Source of the DNA: Tetramitus jugosus
Taxonomy: Eukaryota; Protista; Heterolobosea
Assembly: GCA_937625935.1 (NCBI GenBank)
Contig: OW569382.1
Span: forward strand, 186,001-250,000
Reading direction: 5' to 3'
DNA length: 64,000 nt
The notes below the pieces were generated by a model. It saw only the letters and a list, made by a program, of their open reading frames with translations. It did no database searches and had not been told where the DNA came from. This document shows, piece after piece, positions 46,662 through 59,972 of the stretch; position 1 is the stretch's first letter; the number at the start of each line of letters is the position of its first letter. The translations under genes were made by a program, and so were the position numbers.

Positions 46662-47755
46662 ATTAACTTGTTGTTGTTGCTGCGGCTGCTGCTGCTGTTG
46701 TTGTTGTGTGTATGTGCATTGTGTGAAATGAATGTGAGATGATGACCTCTCTCTATAGATTTATATGTGTATGTGTGGATGATGATATCGAACGAATTAC
46801 ACATGTACATGCCACTGTGGTTTACGAAAGAAGAGATTGTGTTTGACTGTACAATATCTACCGATTCATTCAACAAGGTGTCACCACCTCGAGTTTTTGT
46901 ATTTTTGATAAAATGGCCACCATGGTGTCTGGTGTGCGTTTCTGGCACTACCTCAAAAGGAGTTTTACTTGGTTGGTAATGCTGCTTGATTGTTGATCAC
47001 TAGCTGTCACTTGTTAAAGAGACAAACCATCATCCATTGATTGATGTGCAACCAAATGTACAAATATTAGTGCGAGGATATCCGCAGTTGGAAGAATACG
47101 TACTGAGCACTCTGTTGCCGCATTGTGTCCAATCATAGAAGATGACGTGGGGGATGTCAGTTACAGAAATCTTCCGTCTGAACAGGTGCTCTGGTATCTG
47201 ATCAGACGGATTTTGTGAAATCTGGTGGTTTGGATTATCCATCAACTCCTCAACAACAGAAAAACCAACAAACGAAAATCCTTCATTCTTGTTCGTAAGT
47301 AAGTCAGAAAACATCAACAAGTTGGATATTCATATACACCAGATCCAAGATAGTTGAATCGTTTCCTTTTCCTTTCGAAGCAACAACATCGATCCACCAC
47401 AGCCGAGTACCGCAATTCAGTTGGTTACAACAGGTACCAAAAATAGACTTTCAGACAGAAAAACTTCCTACACGCAGGAGAGCAAGCATCACACAAAAAA
47501 AAACAACGAGACGACGTGTAGAAAAACGATTCCTTCCTCTTGGTTTCCCGGTCACAATCACACTTGCATTGTTCAAACAAATCCAGCAATATCAACAACA
47601 ACCATCACGTCCTGTTAGCACCTCAACATTTTAAAAAAAAGCTCGCATCCTTTTCACAAAGAAATTCATTTGCTTGCCCAAAAAAAAAGAATCAAAAAGT
47701 TTTATCTCTCAAGTTGAATCAATCACAACAACAATAACAATATAGAGGTTCCAAT

Positions 47756-50700
47756 ATGCCGTTTGAAAGCGCTTTAGGATCATTTTGGGACAGCACTCAA
47801 TCTTCTTTTCAATATCAAGTGCTTCAGAGGTATCATCATGCAACAGCTGTTCACAATGGTGTGACCATGTACATATTCGGTGGTTATAGACCTGATACAA
47901 CAACATCAACAACATCCACAAAAACATTATCCACAACATCATCAGAAGACTTGACCAGTCATAAAGATGGTAGTGTCAATAACAACAATAATAACAAACA
48001 ATATCAACAACCACAAAAGAAACTCTTTGTTCCAACCAATGATTTCCTAGAGTACAATCTAGAGACTGGTGAGTATCGGTTGTTGAATGATGAGATTGAT
48101 CATGAAGTGGAAGAATGTGTCGTTGTGTCCTATCCAAACGCTAGTCTCTTGAATATGGACACTCACTTTCGATCTCTCATGAATCAGAACAACAACAACA
48201 ACAACAAGAATAACAAGAATAACAAGAAGAAGCAGAAGAATCACCTAATTTATAACAATCAAAACAATCATCATTCAACAACAGCAATACAACAACAACA
48301 ACAACAACAACAACAAAATAATGATATAACAATAGATGAACTATTCAGTTTAATGGACAGTTCGCCATCCGAGTGTCCCTCTCTCGCTCAACACTCCATG
48401 GTACTCGTCGGTGACAACTACCTGTACATTTTTGGTGGAAAGACGAGTGATGGATCCGTGTCAAATCAATTGTACAGATATGACATTTTGAGAAATGTTT
48501 GGACTCATATCGTACCAGGATCAAAACAACATCAACAACAATTTTTGAATCATCATAACAACAAGAACAAGAAGACAAAACAATCACAGTTTTCCGCATC
48601 TCCCAGCGCAAGTGACATTCTCAATGATCGTCACACAGACAAAACAAGTCAAAATTGCGATGATGATCATCATGACGACTACAGTGATGATGATTTTTTT
48701 GGAAACAATGAAGGGAGTGATGATGTTGAATATGGTGGAAATGAGGATGATGATGAAATGCATCAAATTGGTGATCACTATGATCACTATGATGATGAAG
48801 AAGAACGAGGTCATTACAACAATGGTAGTGATCATCATCATCATCAAGAGATACATGTCGTTGTGGAAGAGTACATGGAAGATGAGTATCACTTGAGTGA
48901 ACATGATGATGATGAACATGATGACGACGATGATGGCATGAATGATACAAATCATCATCAACATCGCGATCTGGATATGCTACATGACCAACAAGCAGAT
49001 GTCTACCCATATCTCTATGGTCACTCTGCTGTGACTGTAGATGATTGCAATATTTATATTTTTGGAGGATCCGACGGTAATCAATACTTTAACAATCTCT
49101 ACATTTTAAATGTGGAAACAATGGAGTGCTCATTGGCAGTCACTCAAGGAACACCACCAGAACCGAGATCTGGTCATTCTTGTGTTCTCTATGCCAATGA
49201 AGAGCTGTTTGTGTTTGGAGGTGGTAATGACGAAAAGACATTCAATGATTTGTACAGTTTAAATTTATGTATGTATTTATTCTCATTTGTTTGGAATTTG
49301 TTTTTTGTTTCTCTCGAGTTCTTGTGTAATGACAACAAACCTGCTCACCTGCATATTTTTTTTGTTCATTATTTGTGCTGTATTTGGAACTGTTTACAAC
49401 AACAGATACATTGACATGGAAGAAGGAGATTACCAAGGGACAGAACGAGCCAGTCAAGCGCATTTACCATTCGGCCAACGTCGTGGCCAATAAGATGATT
49501 TTACTGGGAGGTGACATAGGCAACAGACAATCCTCTCAGAGCAATTTAATGATATTGGATTTGGATACCAAGAGATGGGACTATGGTCTGATCAATAATC
49601 ACCTCGTTCATCCACCACCTGTACTCTATGGTCACACATCCGTGTTGTCAGGTACTAAGCTGTGGGTAGCAGGTGGAAGAGATGCATCCATTGATGAAAC
49701 GAACTCAGACTGCGTATCCAAGTCGGTTTACTCTCTCGATACGGGTATTCAGGGAATTGAGCCTATTGACTTTGGTAGGAACAATTTGGCTGCTGATCTT
49801 CAATCGCTTGTGAATCATACGGAATCTTCAGATATTACTTTTGAGTATTGTGAACAATTTTATTGTGGGCATAGGGCTTTTTTGCGTATTCGGTGTCCAG
49901 TCTTGCACCAGTTTTACATGAGAAACTGCGTGTCGAATGATTCCAACTTGAATGTCAATGAAGCGATACAGGCTCTGGCAATGAAAAAAATGCATGCAAC
50001 AGATTTGAACAATCGCAAAATCACTCAATCCTTCTCAAGAAACATGTGTGCCTTCTCATTCATGATTTTCCTACAGTATTTATACACAGATGAGATTGTG
50101 GTGCCAGAGGAAGAAGCTGAAAACAATCAAGAGACCTTTGAAGTCGCTCTGAGGGATGTCGCCTTTATGGCAGAGTTGTTCGAAGTGGATCGTCTGTATG
50201 CGCTCTGTGCTCAGCAGATTGGATCTCTTGAATTGAAAGGCCAGCGCAAACTGCCTCATCCAACGCTGTACTCTGATATGAAGAAGATGTTTGACCTGTC
50301 TCAAAATTATGTTGACCAGCTCGATGACAGAGACCACAGCAGAAGTCAAGAGCATATATTCGATACGACATATGCCAATACCATGCATCATCACAATAGC
50401 AACAGTACCAACTCTTCGGTTGAGCCTCCAACACCCAGCTCAACCGTTTCAGGTCTCACTTCTCTGTCCACAAATCCATATTTTACCTATTGTGATATCA
50501 TATTTTATGTATCTTCCAACGGTGAGGAATACGAGCGTATAGGTGCTCATAGATGCGTTCTCACAGCCAGAAGTCATTTTTTCAACAGAATGCTCTCCCA
50601 GACACATGCATCAGGATCATATGCGGAACTAGAGATCACTGCCATACGGCCGAGGGTTTTCCAATTGGTCTTAGAATTTTTGTACACTGGAAACGTTTCG

Positions 50701-51315
50701 ATTACATTTGACGTTGCAGTTGAAATATTGATCGCTTCTGAGGTTTATCAATTGGATCGATTATCCCTGATGAGTCAGGCTGTTATTGAGAGAAGAATCC
50801 ATATTCATAATGTTTGCCGTCTCTTGACAATTGCTGATGTGTATGACATCAAACATTTGCGTGAGTCGTGCATTTTCTTCATTGTTCACCATATGAATCA
50901 AGTCAAGAAAACAAATAGTTACAAGGTTGAACTGGAGCCCGAACTTAAGAGAGAGTTGAGGGAGAAGAGAAAGAGATTCAAGAGTCAGGAAGGAAGAATG
51001 TTTGGTTCTGATCTGCAATTAACTTCCACAGCAACAGACAAGCACAAACAGAAAAAGAAGAAAAAGAAGGCACGAAAACCTCCAAAGCAAGATGAGACAG
51101 AACAAGCAAAAACAACCAAGAGAAAGAAACGAAGATCTGACAGAATCAAGCATCGGAGGTACTATGACAATGACGGTAACATGAGTGATGGACTATCACA
51201 GAGTCCTATGGAAGTGGTCACAATGAGTGCCTCCGTGCCTTCAGTGATGAATATGCACGTGGATGCAGAACACTCAGCTCACAACAAGCGAAAATCTTTA
51301 CGAACCAAGAAATAA
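47756..51315 (+). CDS. Kelch-repeat plus two BTB domain protein, LZTR1-like (exons 47756-49268, 49406-51315)
   Basis: Six kelch blades (YIFGG etc.), BTB1 HRAFLRIRCP..YLYTD, BTB2 AHRCVLTARS..FLYTG; phase-1 intron. Confidence 0.88.
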
Positions 51316-51339
51316 ATGTGTTGAAGTTCAAATAGAAAG

Positions 51340-52722
51340 TCGCCACTATGTTGAATTTATCATCTTTGTTGTGTCAATTGAACCATCGGACGAAAAGGTT
51401 ACCAAGGCTATTCAGAAGTGGCAAACATATAAATTTGGCCTCTTCTTTCATTGGGGAATATACTCTCAACTATCAGATTTGATTGATCTAAAAGCACATG
51501 ACCTGGCGAGTTGGCCGCTGGAGTGGAGTGATAGGGGGCGGAACAACCTAAATATAACCACTCATGAAGAGATGACAGCATTCAGAAAGTTCTACTGGGG
51601 TCTCAGTAAGACTTTCAACCCTGATAAATTTGACCCGAACGTTTGGGCTGAGGCAGCATGGCGAGCCGGAATGAGATACGTCGTCATGACCACAAAGCAT
51701 CATGACGGCTTCTCCATGTACGTTGGATAGTTACAGCGTAATGGGTCGAGATTGTCCCTTCCAAAGAGACGCTTTTGGAGAAGTGATGACTGCGTTCAAG
51801 AAGAAGGGCTTCGGTACTGGAGCATACTACAGTAAAGTTGATTGGCACAGAGAAGACTTCTGGGAACCAAGCACATTTGCAGCGAGTCGTTACACCAATT
51901 ATGCACCAAATGAAAAGGAGAGTACCTGGGATAGCTTTGTTCGCTTCTCCCAGAATCAAATCATTGAGATTATGAAACAATACAGGCCAGATATCTTGTG
52001 GTTTGATGGTGGTTGGTTGAATCCTCCCATGTACGATATGAATTTCGCAGATATCTCCCAATTGTCCAGAGATATCAAGGATGATGTGATCATTGTGAAT
52101 AGAGGTGGTGGAATGTTCGAGGACTATATGACACCTGAACAAGGAGGTGTTCCCAGAGCACCATATGAGAAGCCATGGGAAATTTGTGTGACAATGGCAA
52201 CTCAGTGGGGTTACTCGAAGAATGATGTGTACAAGTCAATGCCTTCTTTGATTGAACTATTATTGTCTGTTGTTTCTACTGGAGGTAATCTGTTGCTTGA
52301 TGTCGGTCCAGATCCCCAAGGTCAGTTACCAAAGGATGCCATGAACAGATTGCAAGAGTTTGCCAAGTGGATGGTACAATGGAGAAGGTATCCATAACAG
52401 TGAACCCATGTATCCCTACAAGTTCCAGTCAACCATGAGCGAAAAGTTTAGTTATCAGTTCTATTTGGCCAAAAGAAACAGGGACGTGTACTCGTTCATG
52501 ATGATGCGGGAAAAGATGGACTCTCCAAGAAAGATTTACATGGCGTTCGTAACTCCCATCATGTTGGGAGATGTGCCGTTCAAACTTAAGACTGTCGAGC
52601 TCTTGTCTGTTGACGAACCTTTACCCTTCCACTTTGAAGCAGATTCCCTAGTAGTTGAGATTCCACAAAATTTGAACCTTGGATACAACTACACCATGAC
52701 ATTCAAACTGTCCGAACATTGA
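51340..52722 (+). pseudogene. Alpha-L-fucosidase (GH29), frame-disrupted
   Basis: KFGLFFHWGIYS, TTKHHDGF, DILWFDGGW, GNLLLDVGP and NGEGI motifs spread across three frames (breaks ~51718-51730 and ~52377); no in-frame ATG/signal peptide. Confidence 0.75.
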
Positions 52723-52960
52723 TTTCATTGTGGAGGATATACCCATTCATTGTAAATAACGTGCGCAAAGCGTGCAAACTTTGCTGTTTTCATTCCTTTT
52801 TAGCATCGGAGCAATTCTTGTTTGGTCTGTTGCGTTGTTTTTTGGCGGTGTTAAATAGCTCTCAGATCAGGTGGCCAATCAAATCAATCAACATACACAA
52901 AACAACGAACACACAACTACCACCGTTTAATCACGTATTCACAATAACAATTATTAGAAA

Positions 52961-54007
52961 ATGCCTTTCACTCCAATCGAAAGTAGCGTTGGTGGACTAT
53001 TGATCGGTCTCAGCAGCAGTGCTCACTTGTTTCTCAATGGTGATATCTCTGGTATGAGTGGAATTGCTGGTTCATGCATCAGAGGAGTCACTGTTCAGGG
53101 CAAGGAACAGTTTATGACTCTACCATGGATAAAATCGGTCCTGTACATTCTTGGTCTCATTATCGGTGGTGCCATGCTGCGTGGTTTCATTGCACCACAG
53201 CAATTCCTCGTGATTCCTCATTCGAATCCATCCCAGTATCTCATGTTTGCTCTGGGTGGATTATTGGTGGGCATTGGTACTCAGTTGGCCAATGGCTGCA
53301 CCAGTGGTCACATGATTTGTGGTATTGCTCGATTGAGCAAGAGATCGTTTGCTGCAGTCATGACATTCTGCGGTGTCGCATTCCTCATGGTCAAACTGTT
53401 TCACTCGATTGACATGTTGAATGATTTGTTGAATCAGGAGCCATCTCAGGGCAAACTACCATTCTACACTCTGCCATCGTGGCAGTACTCTCTGGTGCTC
53501 ATTGCCATTCTGTTGGCTGTCGTCATTGTTTATGCACTCGTGATTTTGACAGCAAAGAGAGCACCAAACACAAAGAATGTTCTCTTGTTGCCACTGTACT
53601 TGTTTGACGGATTCGTGTTTGCTCTGGGTCTCGGTCTGAGTGGAATGGTTCATCCAGCCAAGGTTCTAGGCTTTTTCGACGTGTTTGGATCGCACTTTGA
53701 TCCAAGTTTGGTATGTGTTGCAGTGGGTGCCATTCTGTTTGACTTGGTACTCTTCCAAACGTATATCCTGAGACAGCCTGCACCTGTTTTGAGTGATCAA
53801 TTCTGTTTGCCAAAGGCCTCAGCCATCGATACCAAGTTGATTCTCGGAAGTGTCTTGTTTGGTATTGCATGGGGAACTCTTGGTATCTGCCCTGGTCCAG
53901 CCATTGTGAACCTTGCCACACTTGCTCCTCAATTCATAGTCTTCAATCTGATGTTTGCTGTGGGTGTCATCCTAAAGTACATTGCCCAAGCTGTTGGTTT
54001 CATATGA
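52961..54007 (+). CDS. YeeE/YedE-family sulfur-compound (thiosulfate) transporter
   Basis: NGDISGMSGI, GCTSGHMICG, LSGM..PAKVLGF and GICPGP motifs. Confidence 0.9.
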   Translation: MPFTPIESSVGGLLIGLSSSAHLFLNGDISGMSGIAGSCIRGVTVQGKEQFMTLPWIKSVLYILGLIIGGAMLRGFIAPQQFLVIPHSNPSQYLMFALGGLLVGIGTQLANGCTSGHMICGIARLSKRSFAAVMTFCGVAFLMVKLFHSIDMLNDLLNQEPSQGKLPFYTLPSWQYSLVLIAILLAVVIVYALVILTAKRAPNTKNVLLLPLYLFDGFVFALGLGLSGMVHPAKVLGFFDVFGSHFDPSLVCVAVGAILFDLVLFQTYILRQPAPVLSDQFCLPKASAIDTKLILGSVLFGIAWGTLGICPGPAIVNLATLAPQFIVFNLMFAVGVILKYIAQAVGFI

Positions 54008-54322
54008 AAGTGAATCTGTCTGTAAAAACACCATTTGTGAAGTAAACCCCAATTCCATCCAGAGACACATAAACCTTACCGTTGTTTCTTCAATGGCCAA
54101 GGGATCTATCCCATTCCTCTTCGAGTTCGTCGAGTTCTCGTGTTTCCCCTATCGGAAAAATAATGACACAACATGTCAGAAAGACATCCAAATCATCCCA
54201 TTATCGCGAAAGAGTCGGTTCCGAAATCATCAAAGCTGTTTTGCTCTTCGAACTATCTGACATCAACAGCAACAAAAAACAAAATAGACGAACGGTTCAC
54301 AAAATTCATATTCATTATCACT

Positions 54323-54620
54323 ATGGGCAGATTGGACATTCTAAAGGAGATTTTGGAAACCGAGCGAGTGTACTGTGCTCACTTGAGAACATTGGAGGAA
54401 TATTATGATAAGCCATTGGCTCAACAGAGAGGCAAATGGATAGATGCACAATTACACTTGAAAATATTCAAGGATTTGAATGTCATTCGCGCACTCAATG
54501 AAAATTTATTGTGCGTATCAATCTACACATTTGGTTTTTTTTTCACACTTGACCTATTGTTCTTCTTGTTTCCAATATCAGACATGGTGAATATTAACAC
54601 GTGAGCTTTTTTTATTGTTT

Positions 54621-54651
<31 letters not shown>

Positions 54652-56710
54652 TGGTGATAAATACATGTACAGAAAGGACTTGCAATTGAATTATGATCAT
54701 GATCGATCGAATAAGAAGCCTGATGAGACAATTGGAGAGATTTTTCTAAAGTTTGCACCCTTCTTGAAAACATACACTGCCTACACGAATCAATTCTACA
54801 ACATTTCAGAGGCGTTGCGAGTGTTGAGACTCAAAAACAAGGAATTGAATGAATTTTTGAATAATCAGAGCAAGGATGCTGGACAAACATTGGAGTCTTT
54901 TTTGATTATGCCTGTACAGAGAATACCTGTATGTGTGTGAGCGCGCGACTCTAGAACTTTTTTGTGTTTGATGGTGGCTTTTATTGTTGTTGTTGTTGTT
55001 GTAATGGTTTGACCATAGCTAAAACAACTTTATTTGTGATATGCACAGAGATATAATTTATTGTTGAAAGAATTGTTGAAAAAAACGTCGCAGTACCATA
55101 GAGACTATGAGACATTGGTGAAAGCGTTGGATGCCATGAAGGAAATTGCTTCCTACGTCAATGACAAGATTAAAGAACTTGAATCAGTGAATCACATGAT
55201 TAATATTGCTGGTCGGATGCAGAAACAGTTGAGTAAGCATGCGTTGACCAAGCAATTGATTGTTGCGACTCGGTTGTTCAAGTTTGCAGTCGGTGGAAGA
55301 CAGATTGCCTTTGTTCATTCGAGAAGGGCAAAGCGTTGGTTGCCATGTGCTCCCAATGAGAAGAATTCTAGTGGAGCCGAACCACACTTGATTGTGTTTA
55401 ATGATTTGTTGCTCGTGTGCAACAATCCTGGTTTCCTTGAACAGGAGAAGGAGAAGGAAAAGTTTTTCGATGCAGATTCCTATGCTTTCCCCTATGAACA
55501 ATTATCGTTGGACTATGCGATTCGTTTGGCTCCTGCGAGTTTGTCATTGGACGGATCAGCCTCATCCTCGTCCAAGGTGGATGAATCAGGTGAGAAAATG
55601 AGATTACCATGGATGATTGAACTAGACAATAACAATGAACACAAGCATGCGTTTATGTTGATTGCTGAGCATGATATTTTAACACTGTATTTTAGGTCCG
55701 ATGACTCAAAGTATGAGTTCATGAAGACGATGGCTGAACTACTCGATGGAGCATTGAAGAGAGATCCGAGTCTCAAGGACCACCGTGCTCTCTTCCTAGA
55801 TTACTCTGACACTGCGAGTGATGCATCAGCAAAGACAAAGAGCAAGATGCCATGTAACATTACGAGAGAACACATGCCAAAGTTTAGCTCAAAGAAAAAG
55901 TTGCAAGAGTTCAAGGAATCAATTACAGAAGAGAAGTTGGAAAAGGTGAAGGAGTTGGAAGAGAAGGACTGCGTAGGATTTTGTGCTGCGTCAGTTAACT
56001 TTGCCGATGCGAATCCAGAGTTGTGGGAACTCAATTTCCATGAGGGCGACGTCATGGCCATTGTTGAGAAGATTAAAAAGGGAAAGAAGTATTGGATGGT
56101 GAAGAAGTGTGGCCTCAATGTGTCTCCTGCACGTAGAAATCAACTTTTGGAGAATAAGCTCCCAGAAACCTACAAGGATATGCTCACTCTCATGAGGTAT
56201 CAACAAGCTGACAAGTCCAGAGAGAAGTGGAAGAAGCCAGCAGCTCTCAGAAAGATTGAGAACCATATCATAAAGGTAGATAAGAAGACAGACAAGGAAA
56301 TTCAAGAACTAAGTGAACAACTGGATATGAGATCTCTACTCGTGACGGACGATAAGCCAACAAGTTTGTCAAAGAAGGATCGAAAATCGCTGAGTGCAGC
56401 CAGTTTCAACCAAATACAATTCGAACGAGCTCAACAAGAGGATCACTTGCTCACTTTTTTGCAGCAGTTGACCAATGTGTATGCTGAGAAGAATGAAGTG
56501 GGTGTCATACCTCAAAAGTATGTTGTGGAACTGCCCAAGCTCATGGACATGAAAATCTTACAACTGCTCGCGAAGAGAGAGGAAATGGAAATGAAAAAGC
56601 GACGAAATTTCATAACATCATCCGAGAAGAGAAGATTGACGACATTTACCGCCCCGAGCCCAACTGGTCCTTCTCAGGAGAATTCACCCACGAAATCACT
56701 CAATAGATGA
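54323..56710 (+). CDS. RhoGEF (DH-PH) with split SH3-like region (exons 54323-54510, 54673-54928, 55049-56710)
   Basis: EILETERVY..L, ESFLIMPVQRIPRYNLLLKELLK after splicing, ELNFHEGDV...YW...GVIPQKYV. Confidence 0.9.
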
Positions 56711-56975
56711 GATCAATAAAATGTGCTTTGCTCAGGTAATGCCTAACTAGATCATCAATTATGCAGCTCAGAAAGCTAACGCAGTCTATTTTCTCATCAT
56801 ACAAAGCGAAGTGCCAAGTTTCTTTCCCCTATTTGTCACTGTGACATTCTTTACTCGAAATATGGATGTGGTTCTTGTTCTCTTGATCTGATTTACGACT
56901 CTCGACTTCCTCATTATTCTGGAAACACGAAAATCATTGCCTTCCCCCAAACAAAAAGCTTACACACGCACACAG

Positions 56976-58229
56976 ATGAACAGTCAACTCGTGGAAGAAA
57001 TCAACCAATTTTTTCGTCAGTTTGGCATCCACGTCGGATTAGAGTGGCTCAAGGCTTGCATCGAATACGTTTGCGGTGAACTCGGTGTCCAACAAGCCAC
57101 CACCACCACCACCACAATCAATCACACGACAAAAGAAAAATTAAAACAAGAGTTGTTGGACCAGTTTTTACATGCGGACTTGCATGACATTTATGAGAAT
57201 TCATCAGAGCATGAGAAGCAGACCCAGTTCCCCACAGTTGAAAATTTGATTCAAAATTGTCATGGAAAAGTGTTGAATCAAACATTTGTGCTTCAAATGG
57301 ACTCTGTGAGGGATATATCGAGAAGTTTGGAGCATCAACTAGAGGGAATTGATTTTTCTGATGAAAGATCGACGCAGCATCAGGATGATATGAATGGTGA
57401 GTCGAGTTCATCGTACGATGAGTATCAGAGATCAGTGTTTGAAGATTCAATGAAACGATTTGGTGGTAGTAGTAGTAGTGGTGGTGCGAGTTCAAGTGGT
57501 GCAAATCGAGGAGGATTCAATAACAATAGAGGAGCACAGAACAACGGTGGACCAGCGAGATATGGAGGCAAATTCAATCGAATGCTGCTGTTGAATTGTA
57601 CGGATGGCAAAAAGAACATGTCTGCAATGGAATTTAAGCTGATAAATGATCCGACGTTTACAATGGAAAAGTTGCAACCGGGATGCAAGATTGCGTTTAA
57701 GAATGTGATGATACGGAGGGGTATAATAATGCTCGTACCTGGTACGATACAGATTCTAGGAGGATCTGTGGATTATTTGGTGCAAGCTGAGAAAACGAAA
57801 CGAGAGGATTTATCAGACAGAATTCAAGGAAAGCCTTTGCGCTCTGAGATGAGACGATTGCAGAAGGAGATTCAAGAGAATAAGAAATCGCCTCCTCAAA
57901 CACGAACGACACCAATAGAAGCCAAACCGAAGGCTGAGGTCATCGATGATGATGCCGTCATTTTAGACGATAATCCAAACTTCGACTTGGACGGCTATCC
58001 TTTAGATTTGGATATTCCATCTTATGTTGTTTCCAACCATAACATCGGCCAACAATCTTCAAGTGGATCGAGGTCGACCCGTCACGAGGCCAATGAGTCG
58101 ACAAACTCAAGTGTATCCTTGCTAGGTTCCGAAGAGGATGATGATGACGATATAGAGATTAATGAAATCATACAACAACGACTACAACGACCGTTTGCCC
58201 CTGTCACGAAGAAAAGGAAAATTACGTAA
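56976..58229 (+). CDS. RMI1: RMI1-like protein (N-terminal helical domain plus OB fold)
   Basis: EWLKAC..Y, QFLHADL, VLQ...DIS, RMLLLNCTDG, AMEF, PGCKI, RRGIIML, ILGGSV. Confidence 0.8.
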   Translation: MNSQLVEEINQFFRQFGIHVGLEWLKACIEYVCGELGVQQATTTTTTINHTTKEKLKQELLDQFLHADLHDIYENSSEHEKQTQFPTVENLIQNCHGKVLNQTFVLQMDSVRDISRSLEHQLEGIDFSDERSTQHQDDMNGESSSSYDEYQRSVFEDSMKRFGGSSSSGGASSSGANRGGFNNNRGAQNNGGPARYGGKFNRMLLLNCTDGKKNMSAMEFKLINDPTFTMEKLQPGCKIAFKNVMIRRGIIMLVPGTIQILGGSVDYLVQAEKTKREDLSDRIQGKPLRSEMRRLQKEIQENKKSPPQTRTTPIEAKPKAEVIDDDAVILDDNPNFDLDGYPLDLDIPSYVVSNHNIGQQSSSGSRSTRHEANESTNSSVSLLGSEEDDDDDIEINEIIQQRLQRPFAPVTKKRKIT

Positions 58230-58242
58230 AATATTTCCGGTT

Positions 58243-59871
58243 TTATAAGTGCTTGAATTCGCATAGTTTTTCGATCGCCAGTGCGCCCTTCAAGACATTC
58301 AGTTCATTACCACCAATGACCTGTAATCCAAGAGGCATTCCATTCGATGCACTGATCATTGCAGGAACAGATATTGAAGGAAGTCCAGCTAGACTAGCAG
58401 GAATAGTAAAAATATCATTCGTATACACCTCAACAGGACTCAACTTTGAAAACTCTGATATTTTGATCGCCGTGGTTGGTGTAGTGGGAGTCAGGATGAA
58501 ATCATACTTGTCTTGATCTGTTTCGCTATTGTTAAACTTGAGCAACTCATGGAAATCGTTTGCTACCAAGGTTCTGGTTTGTTGTGCACGTTTGAAGAAT
58601 GTGTCATACTTGTCTACACTCAGAGCAAACGTTCCTGACAGAATTCTTCGCTTCACTTCATCACCAAATCCTAATGTTCTATTCAACACATACAAATCAT
58701 CTGATTCAATACCTGTGTCTGCTTGTGACATGTCCTTCTTATAGTTGAATCCATAACGGATACCATCATATCTCGACAGATTACTACTGGCTTCAGAAGG
58801 AGCAATCACATAATAAGCAGCGAGTGCATACTTGGTGTGAGGCAACGAAACATATTCAACAGTGGCACCAGCTTGCTTCAGCTTATCAATGGTTGATTGC
58901 CACATTTGCAAAACTTCTGGTTGCAACTCATCCAATAAATACTCAACAGGAACACCAACTCTAAGTGCCTTACAGTTCTTATTGTTTTCAGAGCTCAATT
59001 GAGGAGCAATAGGCTCACTATTTTCGTTGAACAGAGCAGAATTGTCATTGTTAAACGTGTTTTCAGACTGTGGATCACTGTTTTTCACCAATTCATCATA
59101 CACCAATGCAGAATCATACACGTGCTTGGTAAATATGCCCATCGTGTCCAAACTACTCGCAAAGCTAATCATTCCAAACCTCGATATTCTTCCATAAGAT
59201 GGTTTGAATCCTACGATACCACAATAACTGGCTGGTTGTCTCACAGAACCACCAGTGTCCGTTCCAATGCTAAACAGAGAGCTGCCTTCTGCCACGGAGG
59301 CAGCACTTCCTCCACTGCTGCCACCTGCAACGTAATCCAAGTTCCAAGGATTCCTTGTTGCACCAAACACAGAGTACGTAGTGCCACTGCCCATCGCAAA
59401 CTCATCCATATTGGTCTTTCCAATACACTGTGCATTGCACTTGTTGCTCAATGCGTCATACACAAAGCTATCATAGCTCGATACATAATTTTGAAGCATG
59501 CGCGATCCCATGGTCGTTGGCGCCACATTTTTCGCGCCATTTTGATTGGACGTTACAAAAGCATCTTTGAGCGCGTAAGGAACACCATTGAGAACACTGC
59601 TGTTGTTCGTTTTGTCATCATCAACAGTGGTGCTCTGGTTTGAAAACACATGAACAAACGAGTTGCACGCATTGGTGTTGGCCTTATCATAAATATCACT
59701 CAGAGCTTTTGACTTCTTGTTCTCTGTTTGATTCCATTGCAGGATGGAACTTTGTATGAGTCGTTTTGCTGTTGTTGTGGTTGTTGTTGTACTTTTCCTG
59801 ACGTGGAGTCGTATGCTTTGATGCAGTTGTTGATTTTTGCTCAGGGTGGATGCTCTCATCATCATCGTCAT
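58243..59871 (-). CDS. gatA: Mitochondrial Glu-tRNA(Gln) amidotransferase subunit A
   Basis: GKTNMDEFAMGS, GGSSGGSA, GTDTGGSVRQPA, EASSNLSRYDG, GFGDEVKRRI; presequence-like N-terminus. Confidence 0.95.
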   Translation of the reverse strand: MTMMMRASTLSKNQQLHQSIRLHVRKSTTTTTTTAKRLIQSSILQWNQTENKKSKALSDIYDKANTNACNSFVHVFSNQSTTVDDDKTNNSSVLNGVPYALKDAFVTSNQNGAKNVAPTTMGSRMLQNYVSSYDSFVYDALSNKCNAQCIGKTNMDEFAMGSGTTYSVFGATRNPWNLDYVAGGSSGGSAASVAEGSSLFSIGTDTGGSVRQPASYCGIVGFKPSYGRISRFGMISFASSLDTMGIFTKHVYDSALVYDELVKNSDPQSENTFNNDNSALFNENSEPIAPQLSSENNKNCKALRVGVPVEYLLDELQPEVLQMWQSTIDKLKQAGATVEYVSLPHTKYALAAYYVIAPSEASSNLSRYDGIRYGFNYKKDMSQADTGIESDDLYVLNRTLGFGDEVKRRILSGTFALSVDKYDTFFKRAQQTRTLVANDFHELLKFNNSETDQDKYDFILTPTTPTTAIKISEFSKLSPVEVYTNDIFTIPASLAGLPSISVPAMISASNGMPLGLQVIGGNELNVLKGALAIEKLCEFKHL

Positions 59872-59972
59872 GATCAAAAATGTCGTTGTTGTTTGTTGTT
59901 GTGTGGATGATTTTCCGCAGACAACGTTGTTTCACACAAAACACACGAGCAGCAAACAACTATCAATAAAGA

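Noticed and set aside
46750-47450. Coding-like fragments between COMMD2 and the kelch-BTB gene
   Set aside because: Could not assemble a consistent ORF or recognise a family
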